Source: Pseudomonadota bacterium
Lineage (GTDB): Bacteria > Bdellovibrionota > UBA1018 > CAIMNF01
Direction: 5' to 3'
DNA: 64,000 bases
NCBI GenBank assembly: GCA_027491115.1
Contig: JAIXWV010000016.1
Location: 10,657 to 74,656, forward strand
Part shown: piece after piece, positions 1-9,158 of the stretch
Layout of the letters: each line of letters starts with the position of its first letter
Position numbering within the stretch: position 1 is the first letter of the stretch
The notes under the pieces: model-generated
Database searches by the model: none
The model's input: the letters and a program-made list of their open reading frames with translations, nothing else
Told to the model about the DNA's origin: nothing
Made by a program: the position numbers and the translations under genes

Positions 1-87
1 GTGGCTTCCATCCTGCTGGCCCTGGCCATCGTGTTTTTTATCTCGGCTTGGGCTCGAAAAAGCATCAATAGCGTGAAAAGATCCTAG
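1..87 (+). CDS. 3' end of an upstream membrane-protein gene (partial CDS, runs off the window start)
   Basis: Open frame from base 1 to TAG at 85-87; hydrophobic C-terminal peptide VASILLALAIVFFISAW...; no start codon inside the window. Confidence 0.3.
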   Translation: MASILLALAIVFFISAWARKSINSVKRS

Positions 88-91
88 CAAG

Positions 92-640
92 ATGAGTCTT
101 GAATCCCAGTCCGTCGAGTACCGGATCGTGCCAGAGCGCTCCCAGGTGGCCTTCTCTGTGAAGCACCTGATGATCGCCAAAGTGAAGGGGCGTTTTGAGC
201 GCTTCCGGGGGATCTTCCGCCTCGACCCTGAACATCCGTCACAGAGCCAGTTCGAGGGAGCCGTCGAGGTCGCATCCATCACGACCGCGGACGCGTCCCG
301 GGATGAATACTTGCGCACCAATGAGTTCTTCGACCCGAAGCGATTTCCAGAAATGAAGTTCTCCTCTACGAAGGTCGATCTTTCGGCGCGAGATCGGATC
401 CGAATTGTGGGGACCCTTCAAGTCAAAGAAGCCCGGGGTCCTGTAGAGCTCGAGGTTGAGGGGCTTGGTGAGCTCCTGGACCACCCCGAGAAGTTGCCGT
501 CGGGCATTGAAATCCACGCCTGGGGAAAGATCGACCGACGCGAGTTCGGGCTGGTGTGGCCACCTGCCATCGAGGCGGGCGGGGTGCTGGTGGGAAATGA
601 GGTTGAAATAGACCTGAGATTTCATTGGGTTCGTACCTAG
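92..640 (+). CDS. YceI-family polyisoprenoid-binding protein
   Basis: 182 aa; sequence pattern typical of the YceI-like domain (FSVKH...KVKGRF..F.G; C-terminal EVEIDL); intact ORF. Confidence 0.6.
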   Translation: MSLESQSVEYRIVPERSQVAFSVKHLMIAKVKGRFERFRGIFRLDPEHPSQSQFEGAVEVASITTADASRDEYLRTNEFFDPKRFPEMKFSSTKVDLSARDRIRIVGTLQVKEARGPVELEVEGLGELLDHPEKLPSGIEIHAWGKIDRREFGLVWPPAIEAGGVLVGNEVEIDLRFHWVRT

Positions 641-747
641 TTTTCTGGTGGTGGAATTCTTTCTTTACATTATTGCTGCGGTGCGTTAAAACGCTGATGT
701 CATTTTAAACCCAACGCCCCCTCTCTGAAAGAGAAAGGAAGATCTCC

Positions 748-1893
748 ATGAAATCCCTCTTTTCACTATTGATCCTGCTGCAGGCCGCAAGTGCCTATGC
801 GGAGTCCAAGATCGTCGTGACCCCTGTCAGCCAGAAAATCCAATTGAAGGCCACCCGGATGAATGCAGACGGTCCGATCGAGGCACAAGAAGATTACATC
901 TTGAGTGCTCAACGCAATCTCGTGACCACGGAGATCATCACTTCGGTGGAGTACTCTTGTGAAGACGTCGACACCAATTCTGACGGACGTCAGGGCAATT
1001 GGCATGGATTCTACGAAGCTCCCCAGGCCAAGAAGGCGGATGCGCTCGCTAAAGCCATCCAAGGAGTGGGCGATCGGACCGCACCTCATCTGGTGGCGTA
1101 TTTCATGAAGGGCAAGCCCCGCTCATGGAGTGCATTCACCAAGCTGATTAAGACCGCGGCGAAGGACATGACTGCAAAGGGTATCCCGTCCGGTTGGGCG
1201 AGCCAGGTGATTTACTCTCATAAAGAAGAGAACATCCGCAACCTCGGGTACCTCTCAAGCGCGGTCGACTGTCGCGCGGATGTGAAGACCTACAAGATCG
1301 AAAATTCCGAGAAGCTCGGAGAATTGAACGCCCTTGTGAAAGTGAAGGCGCGGAATCTCTCCTTGCTGCCGGGCGAATCGGAAAGCTTTGAAATCCAGTA
1401 CGACGGAAAGCGCGTCTCGGTGACTGCGAGCGAAGGTTACAATCAAGTGGCTTCACGCATCGCTTACTCTGATTATGGAAATCGCTATGACACCTCGGCC
1501 AATGTGGAGTTGATCGGTACAGCCCGTAAAGCGGTCACGCCCGGAAACCTCATCGAGTCCAACCGGTCACGCATTGCCGCAGACGGAACTTTGGTGATCT
1601 CCCACCAGGGACTGAGCGCCCTAGCGGTGAATCGTGAGTTCGCAGCCAAGTGCAAGGCGATCGTGAGCGCGAGCGTGATCGGAACTGAAGGGTCTTTCTG
1701 GAACTCCAAGGACCGTACCCTCCTGAGCCGCGAGATCCAGCTTGACCTTTCCGCGGGTCAGACGGTGGCTTCTTTCGGGAACACCGGAAAGTCCGCCAAA
1801 GAAGACCTCTCTGTGAGCTATGACCTTCGCTTCGCTCCCGGCTGCCCGTTTTACAACGGCAAGCCAACCTTGAAATCCCTGATCGGAGATTGA
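748..1893 (+). CDS. secreted hypothetical protein (signal peptide)
   Basis: 381-aa ORF; N-terminus MKSLFSLLILLQAASAYA is a typical Sec signal; no recognisable domain. Confidence 0.55.
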   Translation: MKSLFSLLILLQAASAYAESKIVVTPVSQKIQLKATRMNADGPIEAQEDYILSAQRNLVTTEIITSVEYSCEDVDTNSDGRQGNWHGFYEAPQAKKADALAKAIQGVGDRTAPHLVAYFMKGKPRSWSAFTKLIKTAAKDMTAKGIPSGWASQVIYSHKEENIRNLGYLSSAVDCRADVKTYKIENSEKLGELNALVKVKARNLSLLPGESESFEIQYDGKRVSVTASEGYNQVASRIAYSDYGNRYDTSANVELIGTARKAVTPGNLIESNRSRIAADGTLVISHQGLSALAVNREFAAKCKAIVSASVIGTEGSFWNSKDRTLLSREIQLDLSAGQTVASFGNTGKSAKEDLSVSYDLRFAPGCPFYNGKPTLKSLIGD

Positions 1894-1897
1894 GATC

Positions 1898-2941
1898 ATG
1901 AAGCGCCCGGCTCGGATTCTCAGACAGATTCTCAGCATGGTGGTCCTGTTATTAAGCCTGGGTGGCACCTCGTACTCTGCGGAGTCCGGGGTGCTTCCCT
2001 CGCTCGGGGACCTCACCAAAGCCTTGAATCAATATTGTTCCGAGCCCGGCACCGAAAACTCCGCCGATTGTCTGAAAGCCTATCTGTCTTATCGCTGTAC
2101 GGTGAACTTCACTTTCAGCGATCCTTTTTACATTTACTCGTGCATCGACGCCTCGATGGATCTGGTCGAAGTCCTCGACCTGACCCAGGTCAAAGTGGAT
2201 CCCTCCCGCGATGCGGGGGTGAACGGCCTCAAGCTCCACCAGGTGGCCTTCACGTCACGACTCAAGAAAGCTTTTTCGGCCGATTCAGCCATCTTCGCGA
2301 ATTGGATGCAGACTTTCCAGGGCGAGTTCGAGGATTCCTACCGCAACGGGTCCGCCCACTCCCTTTGGACGGTAGCGGTCCGGATCACCGGAACGCGTGA
2401 GCGCGCGCTCGGATTCATGACGACGGTGTTCCAGGACTTTGCGAGCAAGGGCTACTTTGATCTCGTGGACTCCACATTGGGTAGGAAAGCCCGCTCGAAT
2501 TTGATGAGTTTGAATGGCTTTTACGACCTTCTGGTTTCCAATCGGGTCGAGGCGAACCAGAATCCCTCGTATTCGATCTATCCGTACATTCCAGGGGCGA
2601 AGGACCTCCATCCTCTGGCGCACCACTTTTACACTCCGGCTTATTTGTCCATGCGCCTGAAACAACTCGGACACGAGGACCGGGTGGCGGCTTATGTGAG
2701 TCTGTTGTTTAATACCTCGTACGAATTCTTGAAGCTCGATCGCAAGATGCAAACCGGACGGTGGCCGCTCCGGGATCCGGGTCCATTCGACGGAAAGAAG
2801 TATGCGCTTCAGGTCCAGAAGATCTACACCGGTTACCGCGGAGCGCTCTACGGGATCGGAAAAGCGACCGGAATGGATTACGGCACCTTCGCCAAGAAAC
2901 TGGTCGCCGATCCTTCGGGCTTCATTTCATCGCTTCATTGA
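1898..2941 (+). CDS. secreted hypothetical protein (signal peptide)
   Basis: 347-aa ORF starting 4 bp after the previous stop; hydrophobic N-terminal signal (VVLLLSLGGTSYSA). Confidence 0.5.
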   Translation: MKRPARILRQILSMVVLLLSLGGTSYSAESGVLPSLGDLTKALNQYCSEPGTENSADCLKAYLSYRCTVNFTFSDPFYIYSCIDASMDLVEVLDLTQVKVDPSRDAGVNGLKLHQVAFTSRLKKAFSADSAIFANWMQTFQGEFEDSYRNGSAHSLWTVAVRITGTRERALGFMTTVFQDFASKGYFDLVDSTLGRKARSNLMSLNGFYDLLVSNRVEANQNPSYSIYPYIPGAKDLHPLAHHFYTPAYLSMRLKQLGHEDRVAAYVSLLFNTSYEFLKLDRKMQTGRWPLRDPGPFDGKKYALQVQKIYTGYRGALYGIGKATGMDYGTFAKKLVADPSGFISSLH

Positions 2942-2946
2942 CCGGA

Positions 2947-4140
2947 TCAGGGCAGCAGCATTCTGCAGGCAAGGGTCCAGGCTGGATGTCTTCTTCCGAA
3001 TTCTCCAGCTGCGTAGCGGGCTGATTCCGGACTGCAAGTGAGGGAAAGGCCGGTTGCCGGCCCCGAGCCCGCAGTGGAGCTTGCGGCGATGACGAGTGCA
3101 TCGGGTCGATCATGAGCGTGATGAATTGCTCCCGTTGAGTCGATCCAGGTCCGGCCCGGCATCCAGCGGGATCGGATTCCTTCGAGGCGTTCGGCCGCCT
3201 CAGGGCGGATGCGAACCAAAGTTTCAATCAGGTGTCCGGCGTCCGCCGCCAGGTCCCGATATTCATTCCGAGTCAGGATCAGCATTTTTTTCAACCGGAG
3301 TGTTTCTTCTTCCGAGAGGGTGAGAATCAGGTGGGAGACCTCGTCGAGGTCACGGTTGAACCGCTCGGTCTTGTGGGCATCCAGTGAGATCAAGGCGGAT
3401 GAGAAGTTGGGCACTCCTGCATCGGCACGGGGATAGTGATGAACGTAACGCTCACCCAGTTGCTGGGCGCTCATTTGGGGCGTCGCCACAAGTTCGCCGA
3501 GAGGAGAGGCATGATCGAATCCGTTCACATCGAATTGGGACCCGAGCAAGAACTGGGCTTGTCCCTTGAGTGAGTGAGCCACCTCCCCGAAGGCCATCCG
3601 GCAGGCATCGAAGATCAGGAGGTCGAGTGGATTCCCGCGTTGCTCCTTGAAGTTACGGAGCACTGAGCGCAAGCCACCCAGTGACATCACCTCTTCGCGG
3701 TTTCCGTCCTCGATCACTCCGCGCCAATTCATTCCGTGACTTCCGATCACCAGGGCATAGCGATCGGCCGGAAAATGCTTCATCCCCCATTCCAAAAACC
3801 GTCTCAAGGTTCTGGGGCGCGCTGAACGTGTTTCGTCCCGGATTGTTTCAAGAACAAAGGAGTGGGGGAGATCCTGATCCGGACGACCAGGGGTTTCATC
3901 CTCTTTTAAGATGAGCGTCCGCTCGCTCTTCCGGGTGCCCGGGTAATCGGTTTCGACCACCAGGTTCAAACCGGACTGAGAGCCGACTTTTTCAAATTGC
4001 CTGAGGTAAGGAATGCTGAACTCGTAAAGGTCGTTGTCGACCGCCCAATAGACGAGGACCGTCCAGCTCTCCGCCCGGGCAGGTAAAGACTGGAAACAGA
4101 GCCACAATGAAAATACAACCCAGAGTCGCGGTCTCGACAT
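2947..4140 (-). CDS. clostripain-like cysteine peptidase (peptidase family C11), secreted
   Basis: Signal peptide (MSRPRLWVVFSLWLCFQSLPARA); VLVYWAVDNDL, IGSHGMNW (catalytic His-Gly) and LLIFDACRM (catalytic Cys) blocks characteristic of the C11/clostripain family; start moved to the internal Met that precedes the signal peptide. Confidence 0.6.
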   Translation of the reverse strand: MSRPRLWVVFSLWLCFQSLPARAESWTVLVYWAVDNDLYEFSIPYLRQFEKVGSQSGLNLVVETDYPGTRKSERTLILKEDETPGRPDQDLPHSFVLETIRDETRSARPRTLRRFLEWGMKHFPADRYALVIGSHGMNWRGVIEDGNREEVMSLGGLRSVLRNFKEQRGNPLDLLIFDACRMAFGEVAHSLKGQAQFLLGSQFDVNGFDHASPLGELVATPQMSAQQLGERYVHHYPRADAGVPNFSSALISLDAHKTERFNRDLDEVSHLILTLSEEETLRLKKMLILTRNEYRDLAADAGHLIETLVRIRPEAAERLEGIRSRWMPGRTWIDSTGAIHHAHDRPDALVIAASSTAGSGPATGLSLTCSPESARYAAGEFGRRHPAWTLACRMLLP

Positions 4141-4262
4141 CGAATCCTCTCCGGATACTTTGCCACCGCTCCAGGGAATCTGGCAATGCACTGCAGGGGG
4201 TTTTCAGGGTTGACAGAGGACCATACCCCCGCCAATCTTTTAGCATCAAAAGGAGATTTCTA

Positions 4263-4784
4263 ATGAAACTGTCCACCCGTATTTCCGCGCTGTTTATCGC
4301 TCTCGTCGCATTGCTCGCCCCCGCCGCTCATGCCATTCCCGGAGTGAGCTTTGGAATCATGGGTGGGGCCAATTTGAATTTGCCCAACACCACCGGTCTG
4401 ACCGGAATGATTGGTTACTCAGTTGGACCATCAGTTGGGCTGGGGCCTCTTGAGGTTTCCGCTCTCTATTCGAGCTATGGCACCGAAATCACTATTCCGG
4501 TATTAAACGTGACCCAGTCTGTCTCGAGCAACTTCCTTGATATTCCTGTGTTGTATCGTATTGGTGCTGGTCCTCTGAGTGTGGGCCTGGGGGGGTTCTA
4601 TTCCATTTGTATGGAAAGCACCTGCACCACTTCGGATAACAACTATGGCGCCACTGCCAGTGTCCGGGCCTCGGTTCCTGTGGTCGGATTCTTTGTCGAT
4701 GGCCGTTTCAATCTCGGCCTGAGAGATAGCGCCGGTAGCAAGGCTTCTTCCATGGCCGTTCTCCTCGGCTACGATTTCATCTGA
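4263..4784 (+). CDS. outer-membrane beta-barrel protein (OmpW/OmpA-like small porin family)
   Basis: RBS AAAGGAG 6 nt upstream; signal peptide ending AHA; alternating Gly/aromatic beta-strand pattern; C-terminus ...LLGYDFI; start taken at the Met preceding the signal peptide. Confidence 0.55.
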   Translation: MKLSTRISALFIALVALLAPAAHAIPGVSFGIMGGANLNLPNTTGLTGMIGYSVGPSVGLGPLEVSALYSSYGTEITIPVLNVTQSVSSNFLDIPVLYRIGAGPLSVGLGGFYSICMESTCTTSDNNYGATASVRASVPVVGFFVDGRFNLGLRDSAGSKASSMAVLLGYDFI

Positions 4785-4804
4785 GAATCGGATCGGAAAC
4801 TGTC

Positions 4805-4838
4805 GGGGAGTCGGCTCGGGCCGGCTCCCCTTTTTTTT
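4805..4838 (+). terminator. rho-independent terminator after the OMP gene
   Basis: GGGGAGTCGG...CCGGCTCCCC stem followed by T8. Confidence 0.6.
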
Positions 4839-4851
4839 GAGGGATGTTTGA

Positions 4852-6420
4852 ATGTGGATTCTGCTTCGATTGTCCATTGTGGTGTTCGCGCTTCTGTACC
4901 GGTTTTGGGATTTCCGCAACCGGACCTTCCGGTTCACGAAAGAGTATTTGGGTTCACTCGAGGTCAGGGTCCGGACGTCCAGCAATCGCTTTCGGACGGT
5001 CTTCACGACGAAATACCTGGTCACGACGGAGTACCGGATCACCACTGCGAGCAAGATCTATTTCCGTCTGCGTGGTGAATCGAAATGGACCCGGTTTTGC
5101 AAGAGAATCGGACTCGGTATCGAGTTCCAAGTCGGGGATCCGGAGTTCGACGAAGTGTTCTATGTGGCTTCCGACCACCCTGCGTTCTTGTATACCCTTC
5201 GAGATGATCCGGCGCTACGGACGCGACTTCTTGAGCTCTGGAAAATGGGCTTCACCGAAATCATGTCCACCGGAACGGGCGATTTGCGACTGAAGAGGAC
5301 GGACGGTCTCGTGCTCGAGCCTGAGCTCGGAGACCGTCTCCTGAAGGTTCGGGACGCGGTCGAGAAGATCCGCTTCAATCCCAGGCTGATCGACCGGTGG
5401 TTTATTCCTGTCTTGATTTTCGAGACGGTGGTTTGGGTAGTGGGTGCCTATGGATTTGGTTCACTGATTCACTTGAAGCTCGATAGCGGACAGAGTGTCA
5501 TTCATCCTGAGAAGATCTGGGCCTTGGGTTCCACGGTTGCGCTCCTCGTGCTGGCAACCTGGATGTTTGTGGTGGGGTTCCTGTTCAGGCGTTCCTCTCG
5601 TGCCCCGATGTTTGTCATCGATCTGTTTTTTTATATGTTTGTGAGTGTGGTGTTCGCTGGATCTCAAGGTGTATCGGATATGAACCGGATTCTGGATCGG
5701 TCGAAAACGGAGTCCTATCAGGCGCTGATCCTGAAGCGGTACTCGAGAAGCGTCGGATCGGGCAAATACAGATCCACCTCACACTATCTTGTATTGCGCT
5801 TTGACCGGAATCCTGAGTCGATTCCCGAAAAGCTTGAAGTCTCTGCCTGGGATATTTACAAACTCACCGAAGGACAAGGGGTGGAGCTCAGGGTTCGAAA
5901 GGGCGGTCTTGGATTCGCTTACATCGACGATTTGATTCCGATACCTCCGCCCGAGTTTCCGGCAGATCCGGCCGAACCCCAGGCTCCGGTGCTTTCAGCG
6001 GATCAGATCAAAAGTCTTGTGGCCTGGAGCGCTCCCCAGCCCCCCCCTTTCGGGGAGGGCGTGAAGGCCTGGGCCGAAGAAAAGTACCCATCCGGGGTTT
6101 ACCGGCAAATGGAGCCCTTGGTGAACGGTGTGCGTGAAGGACTTGCCCGGTACTGGCATGAGAACGGCCAGCTCTATTCGGAAATTCCCTGGGTAAGTGA
6201 CCAAAAGCACGGTTGCTTCATCCTCTATCGACCCGACGCCACAGTCGAGCAGGTCTTGAGCTACCAGAACGGGAAATCTCACGGACTTCTCACCTGGCAT
6301 GATGCTGCGGGGGTCACGAACCGTCGGGCCTTGTATCAGGACGGGGTCCCGGTCGAAGCAAGTGAAGCCATTCTCAAGGAGTACGAGTCCCTGCGATCGT
6401 GTCGTCCTCCAGGTATCTGA
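4852..6420 (+). CDS. integral membrane protein with C-terminal MORN-variant (YwqK-like) repeats
   Basis: 522 aa; several hydrophobic segments in the N-terminal half; C-terminal G-x-EG/NG-x-Y-x-NG repeats (YWHENGQLYSEIPW, SYQNGKSHGLLTWHDAAG). Confidence 0.5.
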   Translation: MWILLRLSIVVFALLYRFWDFRNRTFRFTKEYLGSLEVRVRTSSNRFRTVFTTKYLVTTEYRITTASKIYFRLRGESKWTRFCKRIGLGIEFQVGDPEFDEVFYVASDHPAFLYTLRDDPALRTRLLELWKMGFTEIMSTGTGDLRLKRTDGLVLEPELGDRLLKVRDAVEKIRFNPRLIDRWFIPVLIFETVVWVVGAYGFGSLIHLKLDSGQSVIHPEKIWALGSTVALLVLATWMFVVGFLFRRSSRAPMFVIDLFFYMFVSVVFAGSQGVSDMNRILDRSKTESYQALILKRYSRSVGSGKYRSTSHYLVLRFDRNPESIPEKLEVSAWDIYKLTEGQGVELRVRKGGLGFAYIDDLIPIPPPEFPADPAEPQAPVLSADQIKSLVAWSAPQPPPFGEGVKAWAEEKYPSGVYRQMEPLVNGVREGLARYWHENGQLYSEIPWVSDQKHGCFILYRPDATVEQVLSYQNGKSHGLLTWHDAAGVTNRRALYQDGVPVEASEAILKEYESLRSCRPPGI

Positions 6421-6725
6421 CCAGCAGATCAATCAGCTCCTCGACGATCAGATCCCGATCGGACTCTTCTTTATCGGGGTGCGCCATGGTGTTTCCTTTG
6501 CACTATTCCGTGTTGCTGGTGTTCACGGCATTTTCTCTCTTCATGAATGTGTACGGGCACCTCGGATTCAATCTCTTCAGTCCGGAGCAGCTGGATCGTG
6601 CTCCACTCCGTTGGTTCAGTCACACGATCCACCACAGTTGGCACCACCGCCATCAGCGGGGCAATTACGGATTTTATCTCCTTTTTTGGGATCGTATGAT
6701 GGGAACTTACAAGCCCTCGTCCTGA
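6399..6725 (+). pseudogene. C-terminal fragment (~80 aa) of a fatty-acid hydroxylase / sterol-desaturase-family gene, probably a pseudogene
   Basis: Contains only the third His box and C-terminal signature (HTIHHSWHHRHQRGNYGFYLLFWDRMMGT); N-terminal His boxes HxxxH and HxxHH absent; ORF overlaps the end of the upstream gene in another frame; first internal ATG at 6486. Confidence 0.45.
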
Positions 6726-6921
6726 GTGGGGCGACTCATGGGGTCGCGCACCTATGTGGTTTGAAACTCATGAGGAAAACGGTTCGTGGGGTCGGAATTT
6801 TTATTGTGTATCCATTTATCGGCGAAGGTGTTAGGTTAGCCCTGTAATTTTGCTTCTACCGAGTCTGCGGGCGTGGTGCCCATATCCTCTTTAGCGGCCC
6901 CTAGCCTTAAGGAGGTATTCA

Positions 6922-7224
6922 ATGGGTAAGAAATTATTTGTAGGGAATTTGGCGTTTTCTGTAACGAGTGAGATGCTTCAGCAGTCTTTCTCCGAGTGTG
7001 GTTCGGTGGATTCTTCGACCGTCATCACCGACCGTGAGACCGGCCGGAGCAAAGGTTTCGGTTTCGTCGAAATGTCGACTGAGAACGAAGCCCAAACTGC
7101 GATCTCGCGTTTCAATGGCGCCGAGCTCGGTGGTCGTGCACTCACTGTGAACGAAGCCAAGCCGATGGAGCCACGCAATAACGATCGCCGTGGTGGTTAC
7201 AACGGCGGCGGACGTCGTTACTGA
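6922..7224 (+). CDS. RNA-binding protein (RRM domain) with Gly/Arg-rich tail
   Basis: RBS AAGGAGG 7 nt upstream; RNP motifs LFVGNL (RNP2) and KGFGFVEM (RNP1); C-terminal RRGGYNGGGRRY. Confidence 0.8.
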   Translation: MGKKLFVGNLAFSVTSEMLQQSFSECGSVDSSTVITDRETGRSKGFGFVEMSTENEAQTAISRFNGAELGGRALTVNEAKPMEPRNNDRRGGYNGGGRRY

Positions 7225-7244
7225 TCCGTCTGTTCTTAAATTTT

Positions 7245-7292
7245 AGAGGTCTGATGGAGTGCTTCGGCAAGACGTCAGACCTCTTTTCTTTC
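7245..7292 (+). terminator. rho-independent terminator after the RRM gene
   Basis: AGAGGTCTGA...TCAGACCTCT 10-bp stem followed by TTTCTTTC. Confidence 0.6.
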
Positions 7293-7311
7293 GTGTGCAA
7301 AGGAGGTGTTC

Positions 7312-7512
7312 ATGGGCAGACCGGGACCGGCCAGTCAGGCCAAGCGACAGCGTGAGCGCATGAAGGGCGAACGCCACCAGGAAAAAGAAGAGCGGCGCGA
7401 GCAGCGCAAGGAGCAGAAGAAGGAGCGCGAGCGCCTCATTGCGGAGGGCAAGGATCCTGATCTAGACGGGATTGTTCCAGGACCCCAGTTTCAACCCGAA
7501 TCGGAGTCTTGA
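7312..7512 (+). CDS. small highly charged (Arg/Lys/Glu-rich) hypothetical protein
   Basis: AGGAGG 5 nt upstream of ATG at 7312; 66 aa; KRQRERMKGERHQEKEERREQRKEQKKERER coiled/charged region. Confidence 0.45.
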   Translation: MGRPGPASQAKRQRERMKGERHQEKEERREQRKEQKKERERLIAEGKDPDLDGIVPGPQFQPESES

Positions 7513-7590
7513 GGGCGGCGTCAGTTTTTTGTCTCAAGTGACAAACAGTTTGCGATTGGGATTGTGCGTCGGTCTGGCTAAGATTGAAGG

Positions 7591-9156
7591 GTGAACGTTT
7601 CGCGTTGGATAGCTGTTCTTGCCATTTTTGCTTCTTCAGCTCAGGCACAAGATCCGGAGTTCGGTCAGATCGAAGTCCAGGTTCTGTCTGAAGTGGTGAT
7701 TTATGCCTGTGCAAGCGGCAAGGTACCCTGTTTTCCCGGTCGTGCGGACTTGGGGTGTGTGCCGGAGGGACTCGATTCCAAGGGCTTTGAAAAGGCTTGC
7801 GAAAAATACAAGTTGGCACTCGAAGAGTTTCAGTTTGATTGCTTTGTGACCCATGGTGCCCGACGCAGTTACGTGGGAAAAACCCGCACCCAAGAAGTTT
7901 GTGCGGGTTTACAAGAAGTGTGGGAGCAGCTTTCGGGAGATCCGTTCTTCAAGGAACGTTCGGATTCCTGGAGAATGAACTTCATGCGCAACACCCTTCT
8001 CAAGCCAAGAGGAAACCCGCGCAAAGATAATCCTGGCTTGGTCGGGCAGCTCAGGTTCAAGCGAAGTGGAAAGCTCCGAAAGAGCTCGGATGATGTCGAT
8101 CGTCTTTTGGCCAAGGCGCAAGCCAATCTCGACGCCTATCGTGCCGAGGTGAGCTGCGGTGCCGGTATTGTTCCGGGAATTGACCAAGTGCCCGTTTTGA
8201 ATCAAAGGGAACAAGGAACCTGTTACGCACATTCTTCCTCAACGCTCATCGACTATGTCAGGAAAACCCGATCTGGTCAGGATTATCCCGTGTACGGCTC
8301 TCCCTTGATGGGTGCGATTGATTACCACTTGAATGCCACGGATCAAGTCGAGTCCTGTAAGAACCCCTTCTCCGGCGGATTCACCTGCACTGCCTTCAAT
8401 GCAACCCTGGGGAGGGGATTCTGCGGTTCCCAAAAGGTCGAGCAGGCTATTCAGAGGACTTTCATAGTGCGGGATGGCTCCAAGAAGCAGTCTTGGTACC
8501 TCGATTGGGCCAAGAGGCAGAAACTTACAGTGACCACACAAGAGTTCAAGGTCAAACCGAATGACCCGGTCAATGAGTACCTATACGTGATCGGCTCGTT
8601 GTATCAGGAAAAAAACTGGGGTCGATTGAAGGAATTGCACGATTCCCTCAAGGTTGGAGGGGCCCTCCCAGGAGAGTCCTGCAAAACCGGCTCGAAGGGC
8701 TTTGATTTGTCTTGGGAGATTTTGAAGTTGAGCCCGAACCTCGAGATGTTTTATGCCATGTATTTCGAGAATGTTTGCAGCCGGGAGCCCTTTCCCTTCA
8801 AGGCGGGATGCACCACGCACCGATCCGGGATCACCATGGCCAAAGTGGACGAGCTCATTGCCAAAGGCTACCCAGTCGGGATCAACTACTGCTCCGCTGT
8901 ACTGAAAAACAGCAAGTTCCAGTCGCAGACCCAGCCGATCTGGAAGGACAACAAGGCATGTGGCACGCACGCCTCCGTGATCGTAGGCACTGCGGTGGAC
9001 TCGAAGGGCCAATGCACTTATGTGCTTCGGAACTCCTGGGGGAAATCGTGTGCGTATTACGACCGGAGCTATGACTGCATAGACGGACATGTTTACATTC
9101 CGAAGGAAACCCTGATCCGGCAGACTTTCGAGCTTCAAGAGATCTCGGTGCAGTGA
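7591..9156 (+). CDS. secreted papain-like cysteine peptidase (family C1) with long N-terminal extension
   Basis: GTG start; signal peptide (AVLAIFASSAQA); C-terminal C1 signatures QGTCYAHSS (catalytic Cys), CGTHASVIVG (catalytic His), LRNSWG. Confidence 0.6.
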   Translation: MNVSRWIAVLAIFASSAQAQDPEFGQIEVQVLSEVVIYACASGKVPCFPGRADLGCVPEGLDSKGFEKACEKYKLALEEFQFDCFVTHGARRSYVGKTRTQEVCAGLQEVWEQLSGDPFFKERSDSWRMNFMRNTLLKPRGNPRKDNPGLVGQLRFKRSGKLRKSSDDVDRLLAKAQANLDAYRAEVSCGAGIVPGIDQVPVLNQREQGTCYAHSSSTLIDYVRKTRSGQDYPVYGSPLMGAIDYHLNATDQVESCKNPFSGGFTCTAFNATLGRGFCGSQKVEQAIQRTFIVRDGSKKQSWYLDWAKRQKLTVTTQEFKVKPNDPVNEYLYVIGSLYQEKNWGRLKELHDSLKVGGALPGESCKTGSKGFDLSWEILKLSPNLEMFYAMYFENVCSREPFPFKAGCTTHRSGITMAKVDELIAKGYPVGINYCSAVLKNSKFQSQTQPIWKDNKACGTHASVIVGTAVDSKGQCTYVLRNSWGKSCAYYDRSYDCIDGHVYIPKETLIRQTFELQEISVQ

Positions 9157-9158
9157 CC

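Noticed and set aside
6299-6847. 182-aa + strand ORF overlapping the hydroxylase fragment
   Set aside because: Different frame with no motifs. The overlapping frame carries the clear HxxHH / FWDRMMGT hydroxylase signature.
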